Positions 47,822 to 58,770 of a stretch of DNA of 64,000 bases are shown here, one piece after another. The stretch is from the NCBI GenBank assembly GCA_963677485.1, contig OY781964.1, positions 2,571,288-2,635,287 on the forward strand. The letters are read 5' to 3'. How positions within the stretch are numbered: position 1 is the first letter of the stretch; every line of letters starts with the position of its first letter. The notes beneath the pieces were generated by a model that was given only the letters and a program-made list of their open reading frames with translations, made no database searches and was not told the origin of the DNA. Source of the stretch: Armatimonadota bacterium (lineage in GTDB: Bacteria; Armatimonadota; HRBIN16). A program made the position numbers and the translations under genes.

Positions 47822-48747
47822 GTTCCGCTCCGCACGTGCCGGTGATGTTGGAGGAGTGTCTGCAGCTTTTGGCACTTCAACCCGGCGAAACTGCGGTTGA
47901 CGCCACTTTAGGTGCAGGCGGGCACAGTATGCGCATGCTGCAGGCACTGCAGCCAGGCGGCACGTTGATAGCTTTTGATCGGGATGCCAGTGCAATCGAA
48001 CTGGCCCAACAGCGTCTGGCAGCGGTGCCGGCGCAGGCCAACATCATATTGGTGCATAGTGATTACCGCGAAATGCGTCAGCAATGTTCAGATCGAGACA
48101 TTGAACAGGTAGATGCCGTTTTTTTTGACCTTGGCGTCTCATCAATGCAGCTAGACCTCCCAGAAAGAGGTTTTTCTCATCGCTTAGATGCTCCACTGGA
48201 CATGCGCATGGACCAGAGCCAGCCACTGACGGCATACCATGTCGTGAACGAGTGGGATGAAGTTGATATCGCAGCCGCCATTTGGGAATTCGGTGAGGAC
48301 AGGGCCAGCAGACGGATCGCACGCGAGATCGTGAGACACAGGCCTATTGAAACCACCGGGCAGTTGGCGGAAGTGGTCAGCAGAGCTGTCGGCAGATTTA
48401 AGGGTGAACACCACCCGGCGGCGCGCACGATGCAGGCCATTCGGATCGTAGTGAACCGGGAACTAGAGGGGCTGCAGCAGATAGTGGAGCAATCCATTGA
48501 GATGCTGAAACCAGGGGGACGAATCGTGGCTCTTACTTATCATTCATTAGAGGCACGGGCCGTCAAACAAGCATTTTTGGCTTACAGCGGAAAATGCCAG
48601 TGCCCGCCCTCATTCCCCATCTGTGTTTGCGGAGCAACGAAGCAGATCGAATACATCGTCAAGGGTTCATTGAAGCCCACAGAACAGGAAGTGGCCGCCA
48701 ACCCCAGAGCACGCAGTGCTCAGTGCCGAGCGGCCAGAAAACTGTAG
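47818..48747 (+). CDS. rsmH: 16S rRNA (cytosine1402-N4)-methyltransferase RsmH
   Basis: HVPVMLEECL, the SAM-binding region VDATLGAGGHS and GTLIAFDRD. The TTG start overlaps the mraZ stop. Confidence 0.85.
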   Translation: MSSAPHVPVMLEECLQLLALQPGETAVDATLGAGGHSMRMLQALQPGGTLIAFDRDASAIELAQQRLAAVPAQANIILVHSDYREMRQQCSDRDIEQVDAVFFDLGVSSMQLDLPERGFSHRLDAPLDMRMDQSQPLTAYHVVNEWDEVDIAAAIWEFGEDRASRRIAREIVRHRPIETTGQLAEVVSRAVGRFKGEHHPAARTMQAIRIVVNRELEGLQQIVEQSIEMLKPGGRIVALTYHSLEARAVKQAFLAYSGKCQCPPSFPICVCGATKQIEYIVKGSLKPTEQEVAANPRARSAQCRAARKL

Positions 48748-48830
48748 TCAACCAACCGGAACACCATCGAGTAATACTTATTATTTATGACCTACGAGGG
48801 GATACCCTCAAATGCCAGGGAGAAGCTACC

Positions 48831-49211
48831 ATGTCTACTACCATTATCAGTCCTTCAGCCCGGCCCTTGCGGTCGAAATCGGTATCGGATTCGAGGATGA
48901 AGCACCATAAAGGTCTGAATCCACTCAGCAAATTGATCATCTCAATCAATGGGGTGCTCGTGCTGTTTTGGCTCTTCATCGCCTCCAGCGGGCCAGGCAA
49001 TTTGAACAGGATGAGCACCGAACAAAGCCAACTCATTGCCGAAATAAACCGTCTCACCTATGCGAACCAACAGCTTAAAAGTGACATTCTCACAGAGACA
49101 TCAGATGTAGTGATTGAACGATGGGCGGCTGTTCACAATTTCGAAAAGGAGACCGCTCCTGAAGCATCTGCCGCATTGAACCGTAACCAAGCATCAGCAG
49201 CTTCACGATAG
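48831..49211 (+). CDS. ftsL: cell division protein FtsL-like (septum formation initiator family)
   Basis: 126 aa with one TM helix (LIISINGVLVLFWLFIA) followed by a coiled-coil. It sits between rsmH and ftsI. RBS GGGAGAAG. Confidence 0.55.
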   Translation: MSTTIISPSARPLRSKSVSDSRMKHHKGLNPLSKLIISINGVLVLFWLFIASSGPGNLNRMSTEQSQLIAEINRLTYANQQLKSDILTETSDVVIERWAAVHNFEKETAPEASAALNRNQASAASR

Positions 49212-49222
49212 AGTGAACCGGC

Positions 49223-51181
49223 ATGACTGACCGACCAGGGCGGCACAATCGTGTGACCGACCCCCTTACTATCACTGGCCAGAATGCGCTGTCTATAACA
49301 ACTTTAATAGGCGGCGTTATGCTGCTTGTCATATTCCTAAGGCTGGCATGGTGGCAAGTAGGCAAGCATCACGAGCTCTCAGAGGCTTACGCCAACCAAC
49401 ACATCAAGGTAGTTTCCATACCCGCGCCTCGCGGACGCATCCTGGACAGCGAAGGCAATGAGCTCGCGATGAATAACCGGTGCGTTCATCTGCTAATCCA
49501 GCCCAAGCGTATCTTCGCGCCTGTCATGGCGGCTGACGTGATTTCCATCATCACCAAGATAGACCGTGCCCAACTGCTCGATCAGTTTTCAAAGCATAAG
49601 AGTTCATTTTACATAATGAAAAATGCTCTAGGCCCCAAAATGGACAGGCTGATTGCGATGGAAACTATCATGAACCAACGAACCCGACGGCAGCGGGAAG
49701 CCACTATCAAAGCCAATTTCAAGGGTGCTGAGGCCCAACAGCTATTGCAAGTCGTCGAGGGTAAGAAGCAGTTTACCCCTGAAGAAGTAAAGACATGGAC
49801 AGCCGGGGTGATTGTAGAGCGCGACAATGTACGCAAATACCCGATGAACCAGGCGGCATGCCAACTCATAGGCACGGTTGATAGCGCGGGTGTTGGGAGA
49901 GACGGGCTGGAACTAAAATTCAACCCTCCACTTGATAAGAACGGAAAACCGACAGGAATCGGACTTCAGGGTAGAAATGGCCAGATGCAGGCTGAATTCG
50001 CCCGTGACGGACATATCGTGCCAGGCACCGAGAAGGACCTGGTCAAGATGATTCCGGGGGTCGACGTCAAGCTGACCATCAACGGCTATATCCAATCAGC
50101 CGCAGAAGAAGCATTGAATGAACTGGCTGCCAAACACAAGCCCAAACGGGCTTGTGCCATCGTGATGGACCCGAACACCGGCGAAATACTGGCCATGGCC
50201 AATGTGCCTGGGTATGACCTCAACCAGCGCTCCAAATTGATACGCAAAACGGCCGATATCGAGAAAACCCGCAATATGGCCGCATCACACGCTTTTGAGC
50301 CTGGCTCAATTTTTAAACCGATTACCATCTCTGGCGGCCTGCACTGCCACGTGATTACCGAAAACTCACAGTTTTATTGTGACGGCAGCCTGCCCCTGCC
50401 CGGCAAGACGATCCACTGTACACACGGTGTGAAGCATGGGCAGCTGACGCCAAGGGAGATCATCGCTCAAAGCTGTAATGTCTCTACAGGACGCATCGCA
50501 CTGAGGATGGGACCGAAGACCTTGTATAACTGGATTGTTTCGATGGGATTGACCAAAAAGGCCTGCCGTGACATCCCGTCATCAAGCTGGGGATACCTAC
50601 CGAACCCCAGCATTAAGAGAACCCGATGGGGACAGATAGCGAATGCCAACATCGGATTCGGACAAGGGGTCACAGTCACTCCAATCGGGTTGTTGACCTC
50701 ATTCTGTAGCTTGATCAACGGCGGGGAGTATATTCCCGCTCAGATTATTAAGGGCAAGAAGGGCAAAGTACGCCGCTTGCTCACTCAAGAGGAATCAATG
50801 GAACTCCGCAGTTTCTTGAAAGCAACTGTGGACGAAGGCACCGGACCACTCGCACAAGTTCCTGGCTACCTGGTAGGGGGCAAGACAGGAACCGCACAGC
50901 GAGTGTATGAATCGGTGCGTGGGCAAAAGCGGGCAGGAACTGGTTACGAACAGGGCGCCTATGTCGCCTCCTTTATAGGTTTCGCTCCTGTGAATGAACC
51001 AAGAGTCGCTATTCTGGTTACAGTAGACCGTCCCACAGAGAATGGGCACTATGGGGGAACGGTCGCTGGGCCCGCTTTTGCCAAGATCATGGGTGAGTCA
51101 CTCGCCCACCTATCTGTCACCGCAGACCCGTTCATGAAACTGCATCCGCAGTATCACAAACGCAAGAAACTGAACGACTAG
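49223..51181 (+). CDS. ftsI: peptidoglycan D,D-transpeptidase FtsI (class B PBP)
   Basis: N-terminal TM and dimerisation domain. Transpeptidase motifs SIFK (SxxK), SCN (SxN) and KTGT. Confidence 0.85.
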   Translation: MTDRPGRHNRVTDPLTITGQNALSITTLIGGVMLLVIFLRLAWWQVGKHHELSEAYANQHIKVVSIPAPRGRILDSEGNELAMNNRCVHLLIQPKRIFAPVMAADVISIITKIDRAQLLDQFSKHKSSFYIMKNALGPKMDRLIAMETIMNQRTRRQREATIKANFKGAEAQQLLQVVEGKKQFTPEEVKTWTAGVIVERDNVRKYPMNQAACQLIGTVDSAGVGRDGLELKFNPPLDKNGKPTGIGLQGRNGQMQAEFARDGHIVPGTEKDLVKMIPGVDVKLTINGYIQSAAEEALNELAAKHKPKRACAIVMDPNTGEILAMANVPGYDLNQRSKLIRKTADIEKTRNMAASHAFEPGSIFKPITISGGLHCHVITENSQFYCDGSLPLPGKTIHCTHGVKHGQLTPREIIAQSCNVSTGRIALRMGPKTLYNWIVSMGLTKKACRDIPSSSWGYLPNPSIKRTRWGQIANANIGFGQGVTVTPIGLLTSFCSLINGGEYIPAQIIKGKKGKVRRLLTQEESMELRSFLKATVDEGTGPLAQVPGYLVGGKTGTAQRVYESVRGQKRAGTGYEQGAYVASFIGFAPVNEPRVAILVTVDRPTENGHYGGTVAGPAFAKIMGESLAHLSVTADPFMKLHPQYHKRKKLND

Positions 51182-51226
51182 CTTGACTCTGATAAAATAG
51201 ATTGGTAACACAACGGACTTATACGA

Positions 51227-52711
51227 ATGACAGCGCAGTATCTTCTCGACATGTTTCAAACAGTACACGGAGCACGTGTGCCGGCAGAGGCCAACCCACT
51301 CATTGAAGGAGTGGCTTTTGACTCCCGGCAAGTGAAGCCGGGTTATCTGTTCATCGCCCTTCAGGGCGATCATGTTGACGGCCGCCAGTTCATCCCATCG
51401 GCTATCCAGAACGGTGCCGTGGCGGTCATGACTGCCCTCCCCGCCGATACTCACCTGCCACAGGTCATCGTGCCCGACGCCGAACTCGCCATGGCGCAGG
51501 TGGCATGCCAATTCTACCAATACCCCTCCCGCAAGATGCGTGTGATAGGGATCACCGGCACGAATGGAAAGACCACCACCGCGATTTTGGCCGCGCATAT
51601 CATGAGATATGCTGGCCGTAAGACGGCTGTGATAGGCACCCTTGGGGCGTCTTCGGACGGTGTTAATTGGAAGTCCACTGGTCACACCACGCCGCAATCG
51701 CCCGACTTGCAGCGCATTCTGGCAGAACTCCGCGATGAGGGTGTGGCGGATGTTGTGATGGAGATCAGCTCACATGCCATCAGCCAGAAACGCACACACG
51801 GTCTGGAGCTTGATGTCGCCGCGATGCTGAACCTGACCCAAGACCACCTTGACTATTACGGCGATATGGCCAGTTATGCGGCCGCCAAAAAACAGCTTTT
51901 CACCGAGTACCCGGATTTTACCCAGAAGAAGTTCACCAGTGTCATGAACATGGCGGACTCCACCGCCCGAGGGTGGTCAGCCTGCCTTGAAACTAGCCAG
52001 CTAAACTTCGGTCCAGAAGGAAGCGGAGCAGATGCCGCTGTCAGTGGTGTTCAACTGGCGGTCGATTCCGTCAGCTACACGCTGACATATCACGGCCACA
52101 GCTATCAAGTGACAGTGCCCCTGGGCGGTGGATTCCAAGTATGGAACAGCGCGGCCGCCTGGTGCTGCTGCGTATCAATAGGCATCGAACCTCAGATCGC
52201 GGCAGATGCACTGCGCTGCTGTCCCAGCTCACCAGGCCGTTTTGAGATGGTGCCTAATGATCGAGGCGTGACTGTGCTTGTAGATTACGCGCATACACCG
52301 GATGGATTAGTTAACGTTTTGAACAGTGCCCGCAACCTGAACCCGCGGGAATTGGTTGTGGTTTTTGGATGCGGTGGAGACAGAGACGCCACAAAGCGGC
52401 CTGTCATGGGCAAAATCGCAGTGGAATCCGCTGACCGCGTATATGTCACAAGTGATAATCCGCGCACTGAAGATGCTGAGAGCATCATCCAACAGATAAT
52501 AGCTGGTATGCCCCAGCCTCAGTCCCATCAAGTGAGCATAGAAGCCGACCGCAAATTGGCCATTCATATGGCTCTTGCCAGCCTGCAGCCAGGTGATATT
52601 CTGGTCATCGCAGGTAAGGGACACGAAGATTACCAGATCATTGGAACAACTAAATACCCCTTTGATGACCGCATCATAGCAACTGAGTGGTTTCAGGGAG
52701 ATAGAAGATAA
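51227..52711 (+). CDS. murE: UDP-N-acetylmuramoyl-L-alanyl-D-glutamate--2,6-diaminopimelate ligase MurE
   Basis: GITGTNGKTTT P-loop, Mur ligase central and C-terminal domains, and the DNPR motif region. Confidence 0.85.
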   Translation: MTAQYLLDMFQTVHGARVPAEANPLIEGVAFDSRQVKPGYLFIALQGDHVDGRQFIPSAIQNGAVAVMTALPADTHLPQVIVPDAELAMAQVACQFYQYPSRKMRVIGITGTNGKTTTAILAAHIMRYAGRKTAVIGTLGASSDGVNWKSTGHTTPQSPDLQRILAELRDEGVADVVMEISSHAISQKRTHGLELDVAAMLNLTQDHLDYYGDMASYAAAKKQLFTEYPDFTQKKFTSVMNMADSTARGWSACLETSQLNFGPEGSGADAAVSGVQLAVDSVSYTLTYHGHSYQVTVPLGGGFQVWNSAAAWCCCVSIGIEPQIAADALRCCPSSPGRFEMVPNDRGVTVLVDYAHTPDGLVNVLNSARNLNPRELVVVFGCGGDRDATKRPVMGKIAVESADRVYVTSDNPRTEDAESIIQQIIAGMPQPQSHQVSIEADRKLAIHMALASLQPGDILVIAGKGHEDYQIIGTTKYPFDDRIIATEWFQGDRR

Positions 52712-52714
52712 ATC

Positions 52715-54112
52715 ATGTTTATAAGTAAGCTGCAAGATATCGCCAAAGCGTCTGGAGGAGCCCTATGGGGCCCCGGTGATGTCGAGGTGAAGGGCGTAGC
52801 CATCGACAGCCGTGCTGTCCAACCCGGCGATCTGTTTGTAGCTATCCCTGGTGACCGTGTAGACGGGCACCAGTTCATATCAGCTGCCATTCAAGCGGGA
52901 GCCGTGGCGGTCATGGCCAGCAATGCGGCCTACGTGCCTGAGGGTTTCCCGGCTGTGCTGATTGGCGATACCGTATGGGCCTTAGGCAATCTGGCGAAGT
53001 GCTGCCGTATGGCCTGGCAGGTCTATCGATACGAAGTCGATGAAAACCCCAGCGCGCCTCTTGTGGCTGTCACCGGCAGCGTCGGTAAATCCACGACCCG
53101 AGAAATGATAGCTGCGGTGATGAGTGCCAGTTACAACGTGCTGCGGACACCACGAAACTACAACACGGAGATCGGTCTGCCCCTGACCATCATTAATCTG
53201 AACGAACAGCATACCGCTGCGGTGCTGGAGATGGGTATGCGAGGCCGTGGACAAATCGACCTTCTGGCGGATATGGCTCAGCCCAATATCGGTGTCATCA
53301 CGAACATCGGAGATGCTCATCGCGAGTTGCTGGGCAGCCGTGACGAGATCATGCTGGCAAAATCGGAACTGCTCAACCGACTGCCGGAAGACGGTGTGGC
53401 AATACTGAACGCCGACGACCCTTATTACCAGCAGCTACGAGAACTGGTGCCTTGCCGTGTCATCAGCTTTGGATGCAGCGACTGGGCCGGGTTGCGGGCC
53501 AAGAATATTAAGGCCTTTATCGATGGCCACGTGGAGTTCACTCTGCGCACAGGACAGCGGAACCTCCCAGTCACGGTGCCATTGGCTGGTACCCACAATG
53601 TGATGAATGCACTGGCCGCTTTGGCCGTCGCCCAAGCCGCAGGTATTGATCTTGAGCTGGCGATCGAAATGCTGCAGCAGGTCAAGCCGCTTGATATGCG
53701 TATGAATGTTAAAACACTGAAAAACAGCGTCACCATCCTGGACGACACATATAACGCCAATCCCACTAGCACACGGGCTGCACTCGACACGCTGGTCAGC
53801 ATGAGCGAATCCGCCCGCAAGGTAGTGGTGCTGGGTGACATGCTGGAGCTGGGCGATAACAGCAGCAGCATGCACAGGGAAATCGGTCGGAATGTGGGCC
53901 AGGCAGGGGCGCATCTTTTCATCGCCGTCGGCAGTAAGGCGCGTGATATGGTCGCCGGGGCTAAGGAGATAGAACGTCCACCGCTGTGCATGTGCTTCAA
54001 TTCGAGTGTGAGTGCTGCGGCACATATCAATGAATGGATCATGCCCGGTGACATTGTACTGGTTAAAGGCTCGCGAGGCGTTCAGATGGAATCCATCGTG
54101 GAGGCCATCTAG
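52715..54112 (+). CDS. murF: UDP-N-acetylmuramoyl-tripeptide--D-alanyl-D-alanine ligase MurF
   Basis: VAVTGSVGKSTT. Position follows murE. Confidence 0.85.
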   Translation: MFISKLQDIAKASGGALWGPGDVEVKGVAIDSRAVQPGDLFVAIPGDRVDGHQFISAAIQAGAVAVMASNAAYVPEGFPAVLIGDTVWALGNLAKCCRMAWQVYRYEVDENPSAPLVAVTGSVGKSTTREMIAAVMSASYNVLRTPRNYNTEIGLPLTIINLNEQHTAAVLEMGMRGRGQIDLLADMAQPNIGVITNIGDAHRELLGSRDEIMLAKSELLNRLPEDGVAILNADDPYYQQLRELVPCRVISFGCSDWAGLRAKNIKAFIDGHVEFTLRTGQRNLPVTVPLAGTHNVMNALAALAVAQAAGIDLELAIEMLQQVKPLDMRMNVKTLKNSVTILDDTYNANPTSTRAALDTLVSMSESARKVVVLGDMLELGDNSSSMHREIGRNVGQAGAHLFIAVGSKARDMVAGAKEIERPPLCMCFNSSVSAAAHINEWIMPGDIVLVKGSRGVQMESIVEAI

Positions 54113-55128
54113 TGACGGCATTTTACGTCGCCTTAATAGTGGCAGCCATCAGCTCTGCCGCGTTGGGATACCCCATCATCAAGGTATTGCGTAACCTTAA
54201 GGCGAAGCAGATCATCAGCATGGATGCACCGAAACAGCATCAGAAAAAGGCGGGCACCCCCACCATGGGCGGGATTATTATCCTGGCTGGATTTCTGATC
54301 GCCTTGTTAATCACTTCGATGATATACCCTGAGATGACGCTGGGTGCGAAATACGGAAACGCGCACCGCGCAGCGTTGGCGCTGCTGACCGTACTCTGCA
54401 GTGCTATCGGCTTTGCCGATGACTACCTCATCGTCAAGCGAGGGAAAAACCTCGGGCTGAAAGCACGCCAGAAACTGGCTATGCAGATCGTTGTCGCCGT
54501 GGCGTTTGTGGGCTATCTGGCTAGCACATCAGGTGCAGCACTCACCCTCGTCTATATCGCTCCGCATCACACTATCGACCTGGGGTGGTTCTACTATCCA
54601 TTGGCCGTGTTGATGATTGTCGGGTTGTCAAACGCCGTGAACCTTGCTGATGGGCTTGATGGGCTGTGCGGCGGGCTTACTGCGATTGCCGCCGCGGCTT
54701 TAGGAGCCTTGCTGATGACTATCAACCCCATCGGTGACTTTCGCCCCTGGTTGATGGCATTCAGTGGCGCCTTAGCGGGAAGCTGTATCGGCTTCTTGCT
54801 GCATAACATCCATCCCGCAAAAGTGTTCATGGGCGACACCGGCTCATTGGGTCTGGGGGCCGCTTTGGGCGGACTCTGTATCATGATGAAGCAGGAGCTG
54901 ATTGGGCTGATCATCTGTGCTGTTTTCGTCGCAGAGGCCTTATCTGTGATGATTCAAGTGGGCTCCTTCAAACTGCGGGGTAAACGCGTCTTTCGCATGG
55001 CCCCTCTGCACCATCATTTTGAACTTAGCGGCTGGAAAGAGACCAAGATCGTAGCTGTGTTTTGGGCATGGGGCATCGTATTTGCATTCATCGCGCTAGG
55101 GCTTGGAGTCTGGAGTGCCCGCTCATGA
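54112..55128 (+). CDS. mraY: phospho-N-acetylmuramoyl-pentapeptide transferase MraY
   Basis: Polytopic membrane protein with NAVNLADGLDGL and the HHHFE motif. GTG start. Confidence 0.85.
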   Translation: MTAFYVALIVAAISSAALGYPIIKVLRNLKAKQIISMDAPKQHQKKAGTPTMGGIIILAGFLIALLITSMIYPEMTLGAKYGNAHRAALALLTVLCSAIGFADDYLIVKRGKNLGLKARQKLAMQIVVAVAFVGYLASTSGAALTLVYIAPHHTIDLGWFYYPLAVLMIVGLSNAVNLADGLDGLCGGLTAIAAAALGALLMTINPIGDFRPWLMAFSGALAGSCIGFLLHNIHPAKVFMGDTGSLGLGAALGGLCIMMKQELIGLIICAVFVAEALSVMIQVGSFKLRGKRVFRMAPLHHHFELSGWKETKIVAVFWAWGIVFAFIALGLGVWSARS

Positions 55129-56522
55129 CGCTGCCCGATAACAACATCGCGGTATTGGGATTAGCTCGCAGTGGTAGTGACCTCATGCGTGCGCTGGTGG
55201 CTCTGGGTGCTGGCAGCCGCACCATCGGTATCGACCGTGGTGACCCGATCTCAAGCGACAACTCTTTTCTCTCTAGTCTGCAGCAGGCAGGCGTACGGCT
55301 TCTTCTGAACTATGACGGCTCTCTGCCGGGCGACTGCGGTTTGCTGATCACCAGCCCGGTGATACCGGAAGACCATGCGATGATCCTGGAGGCCAAACGC
55401 CAGAATATTCCGGTCTGGGGTGAGGTAGAGTTCGCCTACCAGATACGTGAGGCGCCGCTGATCGCCGTCACCGGCACGAACGGCAAGAGCACGACCGCTA
55501 TGATCGCCGCCGAACTCCTGAACGCCGCATCAAGGCGGGCGTTGCTATGCGGAAACATCGCAGCAGACCATATTGCACTAACCTTGACAAAGGCGGCGTT
55601 ACAGGCTGGGCCAGCCGATGTGCTGGTGGCGGAAATCAGCAGCTTCCAACTGGAGCAGACCGTGAAATTCCGACCGCGGTCGGGGGTATGGACTACCCTT
55701 TCTCCAGATCACCTCAACCGGCACCCGGATATGGAGAGCTACGCGCGGGCCAAGGCACGGATGTTTCTACACATGCAGCCTGAGGACTTGGCGATACTAC
55801 CGGTCCGGCAGCCGGAAATCCGAGATTATATCAGCACCAAAGCGCGTATTTTTCTGTTTGATGACCAACCTGTTGCCGAAAATATGGATGCCATGTGGTG
55901 TACACCGGAAGGTCTCTACCTGCGGCGGCAAGGCTCGGAGATGCGGATTAGCGACATCGCGGAGTTTCAGCTCATCGGGGCCCATAACCGACGCAACCTG
56001 GCGGCTGCTGCGGCTGCCTGTCTGCCGTTTGTAGATGACCCAATGCGGCTTGCCGCTGGTATTGGCGCCATTCGCGCCTTGCCGCACCGTATGGAGCCTC
56101 TGGGGAGCGTACGTGGCATCCGTATGATCAACAACAGCATGTGCAGTAACCTTGAAGCGGTGATAGAAAGCCTGAGGGGCATGGAGTGGCCGTATGTGGC
56201 CATTCTGGGCGGCCTTGATAAAAGCGACAGTCCGTTTGAGCTTCTGGTGCCCATTTTACAGCAGTGCTGTAAAGCTGTGGTGGTCATTGGTCAGGATGGT
56301 CCTGCTATTGGTCAGAAGCTGGTAAGTGGTGGCTGGTCAAAGGTGTTAAGCGCCGATGACATGCAAAGTGCTGTGGACCAGGCTATGCAACTGCTGGTGG
56401 CTGGTGATGCGCTGGTACTGGCCCCCGGCTGTGCCAGTTTTGGGATGTTTGCCAATTTCGAGGATCGTGGCCGCGTATTCCGTGAGGTGGTAGGCAGCCT
56501 GGAGGCACAACATGCGTCCTGA
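55125..56522 (+). CDS. murD: UDP-N-acetylmuramoylalanine--D-glutamate ligase MurD
   Basis: Start ATGA overlaps the mraY stop. N-terminus IAVLGLARSG, then VTGTNGKSTT. Confidence 0.85.
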   Translation: MTLPDNNIAVLGLARSGSDLMRALVALGAGSRTIGIDRGDPISSDNSFLSSLQQAGVRLLLNYDGSLPGDCGLLITSPVIPEDHAMILEAKRQNIPVWGEVEFAYQIREAPLIAVTGTNGKSTTAMIAAELLNAASRRALLCGNIAADHIALTLTKAALQAGPADVLVAEISSFQLEQTVKFRPRSGVWTTLSPDHLNRHPDMESYARAKARMFLHMQPEDLAILPVRQPEIRDYISTKARIFLFDDQPVAENMDAMWCTPEGLYLRRQGSEMRISDIAEFQLIGAHNRRNLAAAAAACLPFVDDPMRLAAGIGAIRALPHRMEPLGSVRGIRMINNSMCSNLEAVIESLRGMEWPYVAILGGLDKSDSPFELLVPILQQCCKAVVVIGQDGPAIGQKLVSGGWSKVLSADDMQSAVDQAMQLLVAGDALVLAPGCASFGMFANFEDRGRVFREVVGSLEAQHAS

Positions 56523-57708
56523 GACCAACCATATTCGGAAGACTGAATCGGACCGTCAAGCCAACGCGCTGACTATCTTTGCCCTTACTTTCGTTGTGTT
56601 CATGTTGGGCACATTCTTTATCTTCAACTCTTCGTACTCTCGTGGTCCGAATATGGAGTATCGCGAGCCGGTCACACAATTTGTGGCGGCCATCGCTGCA
56701 GTGTCAGGCATTGCCGTGCTGTACTGGATGCGTTTCAGGCTCGAACCCACAAAGAAACACATCTGGTTGATGGTGTTTTTCTGTATCTTGTTATCGCTCA
56801 GCCCGCTTTGCCCCGGGCTGGGAGTGGAGCGGAACGGAGCCAGGCGCTGGATACTGATCTATAAGCTCATGATTCAACCTTCTGAGATAGTGAAGTTATT
56901 GCTCATCATGACGCTGGCTGCGATTTTGGATCCATTCAAGCAGTCCAAAACTGCGACAGGTAACATTGCAGCTAGAAACGGCATCAACGCGTTGCTCTTA
57001 ATCGGTGTTGTCTGTGGAATTCTCGTTGCCCTACAAGATGATCTGGGAACAGCGTTCGTGGTAGGAATGATGGGCTTGGTTCTGTGCATCATAGCAGGTG
57101 TGGATCTCAGGCACATTATGATCAGCAGTGGTGCGGCTATCCTTATGTTTGTGTGTGCTCTTATCATGGAGCCATACCGGCAAGTCCGTATGCATGTATG
57201 GTGGGATCCTCTGGCCCATCTGAAAGATGAAGGGATGCAGACAGCCGAAACACTGATGGGTATTGGTCATGCAAGCTGGCTTGGCGTCGGCCTTGGCCAA
57301 GGCCGTATCAAATGGAATATACCCGCAGCCAATACCGACTTCGCATATGCGACGGTGGTAGAAGAACTCGGCTTGATCGGTGCAATACTGTTCGCAATAC
57401 TCATCTTCGCACTGGCCTATTTCTGCGTGTTAGGTGCAGCCAGATACGCTAAAAGCCGGTATACGATGCTGATAGGAACGGGCGTCGGTCTCTGGCTGAT
57501 GATACAAAGCGGAATGAATATGATGGTGGTGCTGAATGTGCTGCCCCCTACTGGCTTTCCTTTGCCTTTTGCAAGCAGTGGTGGAACTGCGATCTTCATG
57601 AACATAATGGCGATCGGGATCGCCCTGTTCGTAGTGCTAGGCGATGCTCCTGTCAAGGAAAAAGTTGTCAAGCCCAAAGTGCCGAAGAAAGGTCAAGTTA
57701 GTAGATGA
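56512..57708 (+). CDS. ftsW: SEDS-family peptidoglycan glycosyltransferase FtsW
   Basis: Ten TM helices, PSE(F/I)VK-like region QPSEIVKLLLI, and C-terminal SSGGTA. Confidence 0.8.
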   Translation: MRPETNHIRKTESDRQANALTIFALTFVVFMLGTFFIFNSSYSRGPNMEYREPVTQFVAAIAAVSGIAVLYWMRFRLEPTKKHIWLMVFFCILLSLSPLCPGLGVERNGARRWILIYKLMIQPSEIVKLLLIMTLAAILDPFKQSKTATGNIAARNGINALLLIGVVCGILVALQDDLGTAFVVGMMGLVLCIIAGVDLRHIMISSGAAILMFVCALIMEPYRQVRMHVWWDPLAHLKDEGMQTAETLMGIGHASWLGVGLGQGRIKWNIPAANTDFAYATVVEELGLIGAILFAILIFALAYFCVLGAARYAKSRYTMLIGTGVGLWLMIQSGMNMMVVLNVLPPTGFPLPFASSGGTAIFMNIMAIGIALFVVLGDAPVKEKVVKPKVPKKGQVSR

Positions 57709-58769
57709 AATTGTTGATGGCGGGGGGAGGCACCGGAGGCCACCTGAGCCCTGCGCTCAGTGTGGGTGAGGCCCTCATGGCTTTAGGCCATGAAGTGGCT
57801 TTCGTGGGTGCCCCGGACCGCATTGAGGGCCGTGAGATTCCGCAGTTGGGCTATCGCTTTTTTCCAGTCAAGGCGCGTGCCTGGAGCGGGCGCAACTTCC
57901 CATGGATGATCAAATCGCTGTTGGATGCCCGCAAGGTGATCTCGCAGTTCGAACCGGACGCAGTGGTCTGCTTTGGTGGTTTCGCGGCCGCTTCAACAGC
58001 GCTGGCCCAAGGTCTGCGTAAGGGTAAGCTGATCATTCATGAAGGGAATGCCGTACCCGGCAGAACCAATCTTCTATTAAGCCGATATAGCCAGGCGGTG
58101 TGCGTGACTTTTGACAACACGATCAACAGTTTCCATGCACCGCAGGTCGTCTGTACCGGCTATCCGCTTAGGCGGCAGTTCCTCAGCCTGCCGACAAAAG
58201 CGGATGCATTCAAGCAATTTTCGTTTAATCCAAAACGCCGTGTGCTATTCGTTCAGGGTGGCAGCCTCGGCGCACTCGCTTTGAATGAGCTGTTGTTTGC
58301 TGTCGCTCCAAAGCTGCTGGACCAGGGCTTTCAGATACTGCATCAGACGGGCTTCAGCAAAGCGGACGGGGTTTCAGATGCCACGCGAAACCACCCCAAC
58401 TACCGCGGTTTTGAGTATCTATCCGCTCAGCAGATGGCTGCAGCCTACATGGCCGCGGACCTTCTACTGGGACGCAGTGGGGCCGGTAGCTGCACGGAAG
58501 CGGCGGTCACATCAACCCCCGCGGTTCTGGTGCCTTACCCGTATGCATACGCCAACCACCAGAACGAAAATGCGGTGCAGTTGCAATATTCGGGTGGAGC
58601 CGTATTGGTGGAGCAAAAGTCACTCACGCCAGACTCTCTCTACACGCTTCTTTCGGAGATGTTGTATGACATCCGACGGCTTGAAGCGATGGGTGTCGCC
58701 ATACGACAGTGGTCGAAGCCTGATGCTTGCGATCGAATTGTGGATGTTGTGAAGGAGGTAGTCGCTTAA
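57705..58769 (+). CDS. murG: undecaprenyldiphospho-muramoylpentapeptide beta-N-acetylglucosaminyltransferase MurG
   Basis: N-terminus GGGTGGH. GT28 C-domain. Confidence 0.85.
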   Translation: MKLLMAGGGTGGHLSPALSVGEALMALGHEVAFVGAPDRIEGREIPQLGYRFFPVKARAWSGRNFPWMIKSLLDARKVISQFEPDAVVCFGGFAAASTALAQGLRKGKLIIHEGNAVPGRTNLLLSRYSQAVCVTFDNTINSFHAPQVVCTGYPLRRQFLSLPTKADAFKQFSFNPKRRVLFVQGGSLGALALNELLFAVAPKLLDQGFQILHQTGFSKADGVSDATRNHPNYRGFEYLSAQQMAAAYMAADLLLGRSGAGSCTEAAVTSTPAVLVPYPYAYANHQNENAVQLQYSGGAVLVEQKSLTPDSLYTLLSEMLYDIRRLEAMGVAIRQWSKPDACDRIVDVVKEVVA

Positions 58770-58770
58770 G

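Noticed and set aside
53425-54121. 209-aa and 228-aa minus-strand ORFs
   Set aside because: Antisense to murF within a tightly packed + strand division-cluster operon.
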